Below are positions 18,970 to 29,208 of a DNA stretch of 64,000 bases, in pieces. The notes under the pieces were generated by a model. That model made no database searches, was not told the origin of the DNA, and saw nothing but the letters and a program-made list of their open reading frames with translations. Origin of the DNA: a virus; IMG/VR virus record IMGVR_UViG_3300046559_000436, positions 33,261 through 97,260 of that record; one strand, 5' to 3'. Positions within the stretch are counted from its first letter, which is position 1. Each line of letters starts with the position of its first letter. Both the position numbers and the translations under genes were made by a program.

Positions 18970-20742
18970 ATGAACATGTTCGAGTCCATGATGGAGTCCC
19001 TGGGGCTGCAGGCGCGCAAGGAACAGACCGCCCTGGTCGAGTTCATCCGCACCAACCTCGCCAACGAGGAGCAGGCCATGATTCAGGCGGGCACCGGTGT
19101 CGGTAAGTCCTTCGCCGCTCTCGCCACCGCGTTCGAGGCCAACGAGAAGTACGGAATCCCGTCGCTCATCGTCTGCCCCACGAACGCCCTGATCGACCAG
19201 TACGTCAAGAAGGACGCCCCTCGGGTGGTCGAGGCCCTGAACGAGGAGGGCAAGGAGCCCAAGAGGATCGCGCACATCAAGGGCCGCAACAACTACCTGT
19301 GTTCCGCCAGCCACGGCGCGATGCTCGACAAGAACGCCCCCAAGCTCATCAAGGAGTTCATCGAGAAGGGCGTCTTCGAATGGGCCGAGGCCGGTCTCGA
19401 AGGGTGGGGCTGCTCGGGTGACTGCGACCAGCGGATGGGCGACATCTGCGCCATCCAGGCGGCTCGCGAGTTGGCTTCCCGGGCTCACGTAGTGATCACC
19501 AACGGCCACGTGCTGGTGTGGGACCTGAAGGTCGAGCAGATGACCGACGGGGTGGTGAACCTGCTGCCGCGAGTCGGGGCGGTGTTCATTGACGAGTGCC
19601 ACGCTGTGGACGAGGTGGCCAAGAGCTGCAACTCGGACCAGATCGGCCCGAACGCGGCGGTGTACGACATGGTCCCGGGTCTGCAGAGGTGGGTGGCCCG
19701 AACCACGATGCTGATGAACCAGATGAAGCTCAACGAAGCACCGGTCGACATCGACGCCGAACTGACGCGAATGCTCCAGGAGGCCGACCGTACGGCCGGT
19801 CGTCTGGAGTCTCAGCTCGCCGGGATGCGGGACCCTTCGTACGCGGCGGAGGCCAAAGAGATCCGCAAGGATCTGAAGGCCGTTCAGCGGTTCATCGACT
19901 TCGCCACCGACAGCGACGACCGGTTCATCAGCACGATCACCATCGAGCCGGGTAAGGACGGCGTGGACGTCACGCAGCTGAACCGCAAGTGCATCGACAG
20001 TTCCAGCTGGATGAAGAGGATTCTGCTGCGCCAGCCGTCCGCGCTGATCAGCGGCACCATCCCGAAGTCGCTCGGTCGCCGGATCGGAATCCCGGACGCG
20101 ACCTTCGAGGACGTCGGTACTCCGTTCGACTACAGCAAGTCGGTGCTGGCCATCGGGTACGACTCGGCCAAGGACCGGAACGCGGAGGTCCGGCGCATCA
20201 AGAGCGTGGTCGACGCGGTTCTGGAGTACGCCCGGAAGCCGCACGAGGAGGGTGGCGGCGGATCTCTGGTGCTGTTCACTTCCTGGCGGGACCTGGAGGT
20301 TGTGATGCCCCAGGTGTACAAGGCCCTCAAGAAGGAGGGTCTCGACAAGAAGTGTCCGGTATGGATGCAGACCCGGGGTGACTCCGCCGAGACTCAGCGC
20401 GACCTGGTGGAGTTCAAGGAGCACGGCCACGGCGTGATGGGCGGAGTGGCCAGCCTCTGGACCGGCGTGGACGTCCCCGGCGCGGCCCTGCGCCAGGTGA
20501 TCATCTACAAGCTCCCGTGGGGGGTTCCGACCCTGGAGGTCAAGGCCATCGAGAAGATCCACGGCCGTGACCCCTACGTGGACGACATGATGACCAAGTT
20601 GGTACAAGGTGCCGGGCGCCTCGTCCGTAGCACCGACGACTTCGGTCGGGTGCTCATCACCGACAGCCGAGCCCGCCAGCTGCGGTGGCGCACCAACCCG
20701 ATGAGCCGCCACATGGCGGAGTTCGCTCCGGCCAACCACTAA
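18970..20742 (+). CDS. dinG: DinG-family SF2 helicase
   Basis: QAGTGVGKS, KGRNNYLC, VITN, IDECH, ISGT, LVLFTSW, W.GVDVPG, QGAGRLVR. Confidence 0.92.
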   Translation: MNMFESMMESLGLQARKEQTALVEFIRTNLANEEQAMIQAGTGVGKSFAALATAFEANEKYGIPSLIVCPTNALIDQYVKKDAPRVVEALNEEGKEPKRIAHIKGRNNYLCSASHGAMLDKNAPKLIKEFIEKGVFEWAEAGLEGWGCSGDCDQRMGDICAIQAARELASRAHVVITNGHVLVWDLKVEQMTDGVVNLLPRVGAVFIDECHAVDEVAKSCNSDQIGPNAAVYDMVPGLQRWVARTTMLMNQMKLNEAPVDIDAELTRMLQEADRTAGRLESQLAGMRDPSYAAEAKEIRKDLKAVQRFIDFATDSDDRFISTITIEPGKDGVDVTQLNRKCIDSSSWMKRILLRQPSALISGTIPKSLGRRIGIPDATFEDVGTPFDYSKSVLAIGYDSAKDRNAEVRRIKSVVDAVLEYARKPHEEGGGGSLVLFTSWRDLEVVMPQVYKALKKEGLDKKCPVWMQTRGDSAETQRDLVEFKEHGHGVMGGVASLWTGVDVPGAALRQVIIYKLPWGVPTLEVKAIEKIHGRDPYVDDMMTKLVQGAGRLVRSTDDFGRVLITDSRARQLRWRTNPMSRHMAEFAPANH

Positions 20743-21370
20743 CCCAATCGGCCCCCGCCCAGTAGAGGGCGGGGGCCCCACTATTAGGAGAGATATGAGT
20801 TACGTCAACGTCACCACTCTGAGTGAGGACTCGGTGGAGCAGCTCGGGCTGAAGAGGGACTTCGACATCGAGAAGACCCACGGCCACCAGTCGTTCGAGA
20901 CCGATAGCGAGTCGCTGATGGCGGCAGCTGAGCTGATCAGTCGACTCGACAACCTCCAGAGCGGCGAGATGCTCATCGTCACGGCGGTGGGCTTCTGATG
21001 AGCACCACTCGGTACTTCGATCTGGGCGTGGTCCTGAGTCTGACCACGGGCAAGATGGTCACCAAGGAGGGGAGGGCTTCGGTCAAGGACCTCGTGGACT
21101 TCTTGACGAAGGACGCCGGACCCGAGGTGGTCACTCTGGCGGACCTGGTCACAGCTGCCCGCGAGAAGGTTCTGGGGCAGTATCCCGACCTGGCCTCGGC
21201 GGTCGTGCCGTCGTTCAGGACCGAGGAAGACATCTGGGAGTGGGTCGACTCCTTGAGATTCGATTATGGGGGGAAGGTGTATCTCACCGGTGTGTGACAA
21301 CTGTGACGAAGAGAGTGACGAGAGTCGCGAGCAGCGGCGCAAAGACGACTACGAGCTGTAAGGGGCCGAT

Positions 21371-21784
21371 ATGAGCGCAACCATCCGGGATACTGGGGTC
21401 CGAGGTGTGACCGTTTCGTCGCCAGAGGGGTGGTCAGTTCCGGATGTAGCTGAGCGACTGGCCGCGCTGGCACGCCGTAGCGGCTGGGACGTGATCGATC
21501 AGAGGTGGTGGCACGACCGCCGGAAGGGGCTCCAGACGTTCTTTCTGGCCGTGGGGCGCCCTCTACGGCCCGGGGAGGTCCCCAGCTGCCCCGCTGGCCC
21601 CGGAGTGGGCTGGCAGTACCACCTCGTGTGGGAGGAGATCCCGGAGAAGGACCGCACTACGAACCACCGGTCCAGGATGACCATCCGGGTGAGCCGTGCG
21701 TACACTCCGAGCACCGGCAAGTGGCAGAACGGCCCCGCGATAAAGGTGATCAGCGACACCATCACTCGCAACCCGGCTCGCTAG
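21371..21784 (+). CDS. Hypothetical protein
   Basis: ORF track and operon context. Confidence 0.5.
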   Translation: MSATIRDTGVRGVTVSSPEGWSVPDVAERLAALARRSGWDVIDQRWWHDRRKGLQTFFLAVGRPLRPGEVPSCPAGPGVGWQYHLVWEEIPEKDRTTNHRSRMTIRVSRAYTPSTGKWQNGPAIKVISDTITRNPAR

Positions 21785-21854
21785 AATTGTCGCAGCCGAA
21801 AACGCTGTGATAAGATAGCCTCATAAGACGCTCCACTACCCCAGGAGAACAAGA

Positions 21855-22157
21855 ATGACCGACGTTACCAACGCCTACGGGCATAGGATCGGATCGCGCG
21901 GCATCACCACCCGCTCCTCTCTGCTGGATGCACTTCGGGGTCTGCTCAACCTGTACCCGGCCCACAACCTCCAGGTCAAGAACGTCACGGACATCGTCGG
22001 ATGTTCTCCGGCGGTCTTCTGGACCTACTTCGCCCACCTGGATGACGCGTACCGGGCCCTGGCCGACACCGTCGGGGACGGGGATGCCCAGACGCTCTGG
22101 GCGCGACAGGTCAAGCACATCGTCAAGGTGCTGGACGAGGTCGCCGAAACCAGCTGA
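21855..22157 (+). CDS. TetR-like HTH protein
   Basis: TR..LLDA...L...V.NV...VG.SPA.F..YF..LDD. Confidence 0.65.
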   Translation: MTDVTNAYGHRIGSRGITTRSSLLDALRGLLNLYPAHNLQVKNVTDIVGCSPAVFWTYFAHLDDAYRALADTVGDGDAQTLWARQVKHIVKVLDEVAETS

Positions 22158-22218
22158 CGCAAGTCAACGGGGCCGACCCAATGGGTCGGCCCCACCACTG
22201 TATCCGAAAGGGAGAAAC

Positions 22219-24396
22219 ATGACCGCCACCTTCCTCGGACGGACCCGAGTCGGAAGCACGTTCCTGCCCGAGCTGCCGCCGGACTGGCCGGTAGCGTTCG
22301 ACTATGAGACCGCTGGGCTGTACCCGGACGGAGACTCCGGTACCAAGACTCAGCCCGCATCCCCGGAGGGCAGGGCGTCGGCCCTGGCCATCGCGTGGTT
22401 CGACCCCGAGACCGGCGAGCTGGTCTCACACGCCTTCCCGTTCGACCAGGGCAAGATTGCCGGGAAGCCGGGTAGGGCGATCCGGGACCCCGAGACCGGT
22501 CGACAGAGCTTCTCTCCGATCCAGGCCACCCTGGACTTCGACAACCCCAACCTGGAACCGCAGTGGTACGTTGAGCTGATGGCCTGGCTCAGCCGTCGAC
22601 GGTATCTGGTGGCCCACAACGCCAAGTTCGACATGGCGGTCGCTCGGATCGGTCTGCGTGCGGACGCAGGGGGGTTCGGCGGAGAGGAGGGCCTCGGCGG
22701 GACCGAGCTGGATCAGGAAGGGACCTACATCTATGACACGATGCTGTCCCAGATGCTGTTGGCCCCTCTGGACATGCCGTCGCTGAAGCCTACGGCCAAG
22801 AAGCTGTGGGGTGACGACGAGACCGAGGAGCTGGAAGCCCTCAAGAAGGGGCTGAAGGCCAACGGCGTGGGGCTCGGTAAGCGATACGACCTGGTGGACT
22901 GGCCGATCCTGGCCAAGTACGCGGCCAAGGACGCCGAACTTACCATTCGCTTGCACCAGGTTCAGATGAACGCGGTCGACGACGAGATTGCGCCCCCGCT
23001 GTACGAGAGCCTGCTCGAAGACGACCTGCAGACCATGCGGGTACTGTACCGGATGGAGAAGCGCGGGCTGCCCTTCCTGAAGGAAGACGGTTTGGAGGTT
23101 GCCGAGGAGCTGCGTAAGCACGCCAAGATGGTGGCCAGCACGATGCCATTCGATCCCAGCAAGCTCGCTCAGGCCATCCGGTTCTTCTACGGGTGGAAGT
23201 GCAGCAACTCCGAAATCAGGTCCCAGAAGTTCCTGACCGGGGACGAGCGGGACTGGTCGAAATTCCTGTGCGACAAGAGTTGCGAGGAGTGCCAGGGGAA
23301 GAACGGGCTCGGACTGGAGCCGACCAGCCGGACCGAGAAGCGCGGCGACCCCCAGCTCAATCAGGCCGAGATCGACAAGCTGGCCAAGCAGGGTCAGCCC
23401 TGGATCAAGGAGTTCCAAGAGTACGTCAGCTGCATGTCGGCCATCGCCAAATGGTACGACGGCTGGTCCCTTCGAGTGGGCAAAGACGGTCGTCTTCGGC
23501 CGGTTTTCAAGCAAGGCAAGCAGGAGACCGACAAGTCGGGCGGAGCCAAGAGCAAGGAGGGCGGCACCAAGACGGGTCGGCTGGCGGTGGAGCGGGTGCA
23601 GATCCAGGCGGTTCCCCGTAAGACGCACCTGCCCATCCCGGCCCCCCACCCCAAGAAGCTGATCCGGCCGACCAGCGGCAAGGTCGTGTGGGAATCGGAC
23701 CTGCCCAACGGTGAGATGAGAATCGTCACTGTGATGTCCAACTGCAACGCGATGTGGGACATCATCGACAAGCTGGACCGAGAAAAGGACGCCAGCGGCA
23801 TTCACGGTCTGGTGTGCACCCAGATGTTCGGGTTGACACCTGAGGACGAGGATTTCCCCACCTTCAAGCAGGTGTCGAAGTGCATCGGTTTCGGGACGGT
23901 GTTCCAGTCCGGACCGCAGACCCTGGCTGACCAGGTCTACCAGCAGTGCGGCGTGAAGTTCAAGGTTCAGGAGATGAAGGACTTCATCGCGGACTTCCGG
24001 GGTAAGTTCCCGGAGATCCAGCAACTGTCCGACCTGGCGGTGAAGAAGGCCGATCAGTGGCGCGGGCTGGGTTACGTCACACTGATCAACGGTCGCAACC
24101 GTTGGTTCGAGCCACACGAGCGGGTGGCCACCTGCGCGATGTCGTCGGTTATTCAGGGTTCGCTCGCTGAGACCATGAAGACGTCCATGCGACAGGTGGA
24201 GGCTACTTACCCGGGCATCCTGATCAACCAGGTACACGACTCGGTATGGGTGGAGGTGGACGACAGCCCGGAAGGCGAGGCGCTGGCTTGGGACGTGGCG
24301 CGGATGGTTCAGAACACCTTCGAGGAGACGTTCGACGTACGCGAGCGACCCCGGATGAAGTTCCCGGTGACTCCGGAACGGCTTGACCTGAAGTGA
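22219..24396 (+). CDS. Family A DNA polymerase with 3'-5' exonuclease, candidate DpoZ
   Basis: FDYET.GL, AHNAKFD, YAAKDA (exonuclease); TKTGRL; motif A SDLPNGEMR; motif B KQVSK...FG..F; motif C QVHDS. Confidence 0.9.
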   Translation: MTATFLGRTRVGSTFLPELPPDWPVAFDYETAGLYPDGDSGTKTQPASPEGRASALAIAWFDPETGELVSHAFPFDQGKIAGKPGRAIRDPETGRQSFSPIQATLDFDNPNLEPQWYVELMAWLSRRRYLVAHNAKFDMAVARIGLRADAGGFGGEEGLGGTELDQEGTYIYDTMLSQMLLAPLDMPSLKPTAKKLWGDDETEELEALKKGLKANGVGLGKRYDLVDWPILAKYAAKDAELTIRLHQVQMNAVDDEIAPPLYESLLEDDLQTMRVLYRMEKRGLPFLKEDGLEVAEELRKHAKMVASTMPFDPSKLAQAIRFFYGWKCSNSEIRSQKFLTGDERDWSKFLCDKSCEECQGKNGLGLEPTSRTEKRGDPQLNQAEIDKLAKQGQPWIKEFQEYVSCMSAIAKWYDGWSLRVGKDGRLRPVFKQGKQETDKSGGAKSKEGGTKTGRLAVERVQIQAVPRKTHLPIPAPHPKKLIRPTSGKVVWESDLPNGEMRIVTVMSNCNAMWDIIDKLDREKDASGIHGLVCTQMFGLTPEDEDFPTFKQVSKCIGFGTVFQSGPQTLADQVYQQCGVKFKVQEMKDFIADFRGKFPEIQQLSDLAVKKADQWRGLGYVTLINGRNRWFEPHERVATCAMSSVIQGSLAETMKTSMRQVEATYPGILINQVHDSVWVEVDDSPEGEALAWDVARMVQNTFEETFDVRERPRMKFPVTPERLDLK

Positions 24397-24704
24397 CCAG
24401 CCCCTAGCGGGCCAGATCACCCCGCTGACCCCCGGAGGGCCTACAGTATGGGCATTGCTCCGGGGGAAAGCATGGTAGTACAATGGTGGTACACGGTGGG
24501 GCACGCGGCCCCACCCCGAACCCGAGAGGGAGTGATTATGGACAGCAGATGGACCACGAAGGATGACCTGGACGCGGCTTTCTACGGGATCGTGGGGCCG
24601 CAGGTCAACCGCATCGTTAGCATCAAGATCAGCGGTCTCATGAAGATCAGCGCGGCGGGCGGCCCCAGGCCGGACACCCGAGTGCCGGTGATGGTGGGTC
24701 AGCT

Positions 24705-25205
24705 GTGGAGATGACCAGCAAGGACGTCAAGGGAAAGACCACGGGCGTGCAGACCGAAGTGACCCTTCCGGTCAATCTGACCTTCAGCTATGATCCTGAG
24801 GACCCCTTCGCGTTCTACATGAAGTTCAACCCCAGCCGTTTCAATGAAGAGGTCCAGTGGGTGGGTTCCCTGGACCTCCTGCGCCAGGGTGTTCACGCTC
24901 CGGCCGGTCTTGCCGACATCCAGGTCTACCCAATCGACAAGGGTCAGATCGCGATTCGGCTCGAAGCCGAGGTAGGCCATTCGACCACCCGAGTGGCGGC
25001 CAAGGACATCAAGGCGTTCATCAGCGCCATCGACGAGGAGGAATCAGTGTCCAGTGTGACGATCGGTGAGGCGGTCGAGATTACTCTGGAGCAGTTTCTG
25101 GAGGATCTCGGCCTCTACCCCTATGACAACGGCCCGTCTCTCCCGCCGGGGTGGTGCCCGAACTGTATGCGAGTCCACTCCGGCAACGGATGCGGTGACG
25201 CCTGA
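24705..25205 (+). CDS. SsgA-like sporulation/cell-division protein (SALP)
   Basis: F.YDPEDPFA..M.F...V.W....DLL.QG...PAG.ADI.V.P. Confidence 0.8.
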   Translation: MEMTSKDVKGKTTGVQTEVTLPVNLTFSYDPEDPFAFYMKFNPSRFNEEVQWVGSLDLLRQGVHAPAGLADIQVYPIDKGQIAIRLEAEVGHSTTRVAAKDIKAFISAIDEEESVSSVTIGEAVEITLEQFLEDLGLYPYDNGPSLPPGWCPNCMRVHSGNGCGDA

Positions 25206-25470
25206 TGGGCTGGGGCAGCGCGGGGGCGACGATCTTCGACCCTACGATCGAGGCTCTGGTCAAATCCGGGACCACTGACGAGGTGCTGTTCGACACGGCG
25301 GTGAACCTCATCAACAACCTCCAGAGCGAGGACTGGGACACCGAGGGAGAGTCCCTGGATCACTTCAAGGACAATCCGGTGATCGTCCGGGCGTTCGCCA
25401 GCCTCGGAATCCGGTTGCACCACAGCACCTAGTATTGATCCGCAGCAAAACGCTGTGATACAATTGTCCT

Positions 25471-25968
25471 ATGGTCAGGACAGTGAACGTAGGTAGAGCG
25501 GCGAATGACAAAGTCGGGGTCCCCGAGGGGCAATGGGTCTCGGTGGACCCCGGCGACATTCACGTCGGGGTATGCTTCTGGAACGGCCCCGAGCCGCAGT
25601 GGGCCAGGGAATTCCGGCCAGACCAGTTCGTAGACTGGCTCGTGGATCAGATGCAGGCCGGTGAGATCGAGCTGGTCGTGTACGAGATCTTCATGCTTTA
25701 TGGTCAGAAAGCACACCAGCAGACAGGGTCCACCTTTGGGACCGCTGAATTGATAGGCGTCATGCGTCACTTGTGCCGAAGGGCGGAGGTGCCGTTTGTG
25801 GGCTATCAAGCCAGCGCCCACAAAGGTCTGTACAAGTGGGAGAAGTTCAAGCCACCGCACAAATCTTTGAGAGACTGGGTCAGCTACGGGCACGGTTCGC
25901 ACACGAAAGACGCAGAATGCTGCGGCTTTTACCACCTGATCAAGAATGGAGTGATTAAGAATGGCTGA
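25471..25968 (+). CDS. RuvC-like Holliday junction resolvase
   Basis: VSVDPG...GV, VVYE.F, ELIG, H..DA. Confidence 0.7.
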   Translation: MVRTVNVGRAANDKVGVPEGQWVSVDPGDIHVGVCFWNGPEPQWAREFRPDQFVDWLVDQMQAGEIELVVYEIFMLYGQKAHQQTGSTFGTAELIGVMRHLCRRAEVPFVGYQASAHKGLYKWEKFKPPHKSLRDWVSYGHGSHTKDAECCGFYHLIKNGVIKNG

Positions 25969-26311
25969 GAAGGCGCCTTTCAAGAAGAGCGGCGGGCTGT
26001 GGCACTCCCCCCCGAAGGAGAAGGACCTGAACAACCCGGATGTCCCTGTCCACAAGCGGCCCACGCTTGAGTGGCGCGAGGTCAAGGAGTGGCGTGAGAC
26101 CATGCTGGTGATCGGCCAGCAGCGCGGTCGGTCGGCGGCCTTCTTCCTGCTGTGCGGGGGCGGCGGGGCTGGCACGGACAGCTACCCGATGTTCATGTCG
26201 GACGCCACCGAGATGATGAAGACGGCGACCATCGTTCAGGGGACCGTCACTGGTCGTTGGACCATCGTCAAGAAGGGTCAGAACTACGGGCTGAAGTACC
26301 TGGGAGAGTGA
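25961..26311 (+). CDS. Hypothetical protein
   Basis: GRSAA.F...YPMFMSD...G.WT.VKKGQNYGL. Confidence 0.65.
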   Translation: MAEKAPFKKSGGLWHSPPKEKDLNNPDVPVHKRPTLEWREVKEWRETMLVIGQQRGRSAAFFLLCGGGGAGTDSYPMFMSDATEMMKTATIVQGTVTGRWTIVKKGQNYGLKYLGE

Positions 26312-26314
26312 AAG

Positions 26315-26794
26315 ATGGGTGGGAATCAGTACGTGAGGTTCCTGATCAAGGACGCAGCGGCGAAGCTCGACGAGGTGGTCCACGCTCTAGGGACCATCCA
26401 GTCGGACTTCGCTCAGGCAGGTGAGGTATCTGCCTCGCATCGGGCCACGAAGCTGGCAAACGACGTCATAGCGTACAAGGAGTCATTGATGAGCAAGATC
26501 GGCGATGAGCTTGGCGGCGAGGTGGTGGAGAAGATGCGCCAGGCCACTGGGGCCAAGCCCAGACCGCAGCGGCCCTGCATGTTCTACCTGATGCGCAAGC
26601 ACGACCACTCCGGTGTGAGTGGCACGGGGGTGGTGGCCGAGGGTATCGAGTTCTCGGACGGCCGGGTGGCCATGCGATGGGTGACCCGGATGGCAGGATC
26701 GACCTGCACCTACGACTCGATTGACGATGTGATCGAGATCCATGGTCACGGCGGAAGCACGGAGGTGATCTATGGCCGACCTGGCCGGGATTAA
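26315..26794 (+). CDS. Hypothetical protein
   Basis: C-terminal phage-type domain SGVSGTGVVAEG.EFSDG...IHGHGG.T. Confidence 0.7.
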   Translation: MGGNQYVRFLIKDAAAKLDEVVHALGTIQSDFAQAGEVSASHRATKLANDVIAYKESLMSKIGDELGGEVVEKMRQATGAKPRPQRPCMFYLMRKHDHSGVSGTGVVAEGIEFSDGRVAMRWVTRMAGSTCTYDSIDDVIEIHGHGGSTEVIYGRPGRD

Positions 26795-26911
26795 GGAGCT
26801 GGTCGTGACGGTGTGCGACGCGTTCGGGATCACTCGGGACGAGTTTCTGAAAATCGTCAAAGAAGAGGCCGAAGATATGGGCCTCACGATTCTGGAAGAG
26901 GTGCTGGCGCA

Positions 26912-27484
26912 ATGTTGAACTCTGATGTGATGGCGTGGGGGTCCCTGGTCACCTGCGTCACAACGTACGTCGGGTACCAGGCAGGGTCGTTGAAGGCCCG
27001 GGTCGTGGCGGACCGGGAGTACCGGGACCCCGAGACCGGGATGCTGACTCGGAAGGGCTTCGAACATCGCGCCCTGAAGATGCTGGCCAAGAGCTGCAAC
27101 TACATCGTGGTGATGGTCGACCTCAACGACCTGAAAAAGGTCAACGACGAGTTCGGCCACGCGGCGGGCGACATGTTCATCCGCGAGCAGGCTGGTCGAA
27201 TCAGTGACTGGGCCCGTAGGAAGAACGGGGTGGCGGCCAGGCTCGGCGGGGACGAGTTCGTGGTGATCGTCACCGGCTCTGCCGACACCACGGCGCTCAA
27301 GGAAGATCTGAACCGACCGATCTGCTGGGAGGGCGAGACCAGGTACTGGACCGCCAGCGTCGGATTCTCCTGGATCTCGATCGGGGTGCTCAAGAGCGAC
27401 CGGAAGAACTGCCTGTCCAAGGCTCTCGGCAAGGCTGACCAGGACATGTACAAGAACAAGGGCGAGGGGCGCAGCCGCCGCTAG
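26912..27484 (+). CDS. GGDEF-domain diguanylate cyclase with N-terminal hydrophobic helix
   Basis: DPETGML.R, VDLNDLKKVNDEFGHAAGD, ARLGGDEF, ASVG, ADQDMYKNK. Confidence 0.9.
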   Translation: MLNSDVMAWGSLVTCVTTYVGYQAGSLKARVVADREYRDPETGMLTRKGFEHRALKMLAKSCNYIVVMVDLNDLKKVNDEFGHAAGDMFIREQAGRISDWARRKNGVAARLGGDEFVVIVTGSADTTALKEDLNRPICWEGETRYWTASVGFSWISIGVLKSDRKNCLSKALGKADQDMYKNKGEGRSRR

Positions 27485-27951
27485 TTGCGCCAGCGCAAAA
27501 CGCCGTGATAAAATAGTCTCAGACGCCGGAGGGTCCGGCGGTCGGAAGGAGCACGGGATGGCGCGGTTCAAGGTCGAGGTCGAGGTGTCCAGCCGAGGTC
27601 TGGCGGTGGACGTCGAGCACGGCATCCGGGAGATCCTGTCGGATCACAACTACAACCCGCAGAACCTGCAGGTGAAGACGATGCCGGAACCGACGCGGCT
27701 GGCGGACTTCCCGTCGCAGAACGTCCGGCGACGGATCGGGGACGAGACCTACCGGGTGGTGATTCCCGGCCTCTTCAAGGAGGGCAGGGAGGTCACGGTC
27801 CCCATCTGGGAGACGGACGTCGACCTGGAGCTGCTGGACCACTACCTCAACGGCGGCTGACGAAAGCCGGATGCGGGGGGTCGATCTCTCAAATGTGAGG
27901 GGTCGACCCCCTGGGTCTTACTTTCCGAACAGACCTAAGAGGAGACAGAAG

Positions 27952-29148
27952 ATGACCGGGAAGTTGATCGTCGTAGCGGACGGGTTCTACGGAAGCTGCG
28001 GCAAGGGCCACGTCACCGAGATGCTGTTGAACTCGGACGACAGCCTGGTTCAGGCGAACGTTCGAGTGGGCGGCCCGAACGCAGGGCACATCGTGTACGG
28101 GCCGCAGTGCCCGAGCTGGTGCGGGATCGGCGACGAGGGCCCGAGCGATGTCCCGTGGGGGGCGGAGCCCGAGGAGGACCACCTCGTGGTGGGCGGAATC
28201 CGTCTGCACCCCTGGAAGCTGCGTCAGGTGCCGGTCGGGGCGGTAGTGAACCACTACTGCAAGTTGGTGATCGCGGCCGGGTCGGAGATCCACCTGCCGA
28301 CGCTGCACGAGGAGATCAAGGCGCTGGAGGACGCTGGCCACCGCGTCATCAACCGGCTCTACATCGACTCGGCGGCTACGGTTCTGACTGAGCGTCACAA
28401 GGAGCAGGAGAAGCACCGCGACCTGACCGGCAAGCTCGGTTCGACGGCCAAGGGGATCGGCGCCGCTCGGGCGGACCGGATCTGGCGGACGGCGGAGACC
28501 TGGGGCGAGCACGTCAAGGACCACAACGATTCCCAGTGGACGACGGACAACACGGCGGACTACCTGTACCAGCTGATGAGCCGGGCCGGTGGCACGGTGA
28601 TCATCGAGGGCACCCAGGGGTTCGGGCTGGGTCTGCACACCGAGAACTACCCGCAGGTGACCAGCACGGATTGCCGGGCGGTGGACTTCCTGGCACAGGC
28701 CGGACTGTCGCCCTGGCACAAGGCGGTCGAGAAGTTCGAACCGTGGGTGGTGCTGCGGACCAGGCCGATCCGGGTGGCCGGGAACAGCGGCCCGATGAAG
28801 GGTGAGACCACCTGGGAGGAGATCGGGCTTCGGCCCGAGAAGACCACGGTCACGCGGAAGGTGCGCAGGGTCGGCGAGTTCGACGCCGGGCTGGCGAACC
28901 GGGCGATCGACGCCAACGGCGGTCACAACGTGGCCAGGGTGGCGCTCACGATGGTGGATCACGTGATCCCGGAGCTGGCGGGGGCGGACTTCATCGAGGA
29001 CCTGACGCCCGAGGTGGTGACGAGGCTGAAGGGGTTCATCGAGGACATCGAGATCAAGCTCAGCGGCCAGGTGATCAGCTGGGTGGGGACGGGGCCGGAC
29101 ACCGGACTGTGGCTGGTGGACGAAAAGGGCGACCGACTGCCCTGGTGA
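27952..29148 (+). CDS. purZ: PurZ (PurZ0-type) 2-amino-deoxyadenylosuccinate synthetase
   Basis: GFYGSCGKG (Ser in place of the PurA Asp of GDEGKG), GGPNAGH, GST.KGIG, IEGTQG, YP..TS, PIRVAGNSGP, TTVTRKVRR, LTMVD. Confidence 0.85.
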   Translation: MTGKLIVVADGFYGSCGKGHVTEMLLNSDDSLVQANVRVGGPNAGHIVYGPQCPSWCGIGDEGPSDVPWGAEPEEDHLVVGGIRLHPWKLRQVPVGAVVNHYCKLVIAAGSEIHLPTLHEEIKALEDAGHRVINRLYIDSAATVLTERHKEQEKHRDLTGKLGSTAKGIGAARADRIWRTAETWGEHVKDHNDSQWTTDNTADYLYQLMSRAGGTVIIEGTQGFGLGLHTENYPQVTSTDCRAVDFLAQAGLSPWHKAVEKFEPWVVLRTRPIRVAGNSGPMKGETTWEEIGLRPEKTTVTRKVRRVGEFDAGLANRAIDANGGHNVARVALTMVDHVIPELAGADFIEDLTPEVVTRLKGFIEDIEIKLSGQVISWVGTGPDTGLWLVDEKGDRLPW

Positions 29149-29208
29149 GGTAAGACCTGGGGCGGCTCCGGACGAGGAGCCGCCCCGTTCAGTAGAAGGA
29201 GCAGGGAA

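Noticed and set aside
27952-29148. Ordinary PurA
   Set aside because: The catalytic Asp of GDEGKG is Ser, and the TTVT and GNSGP motifs fit PurZ.
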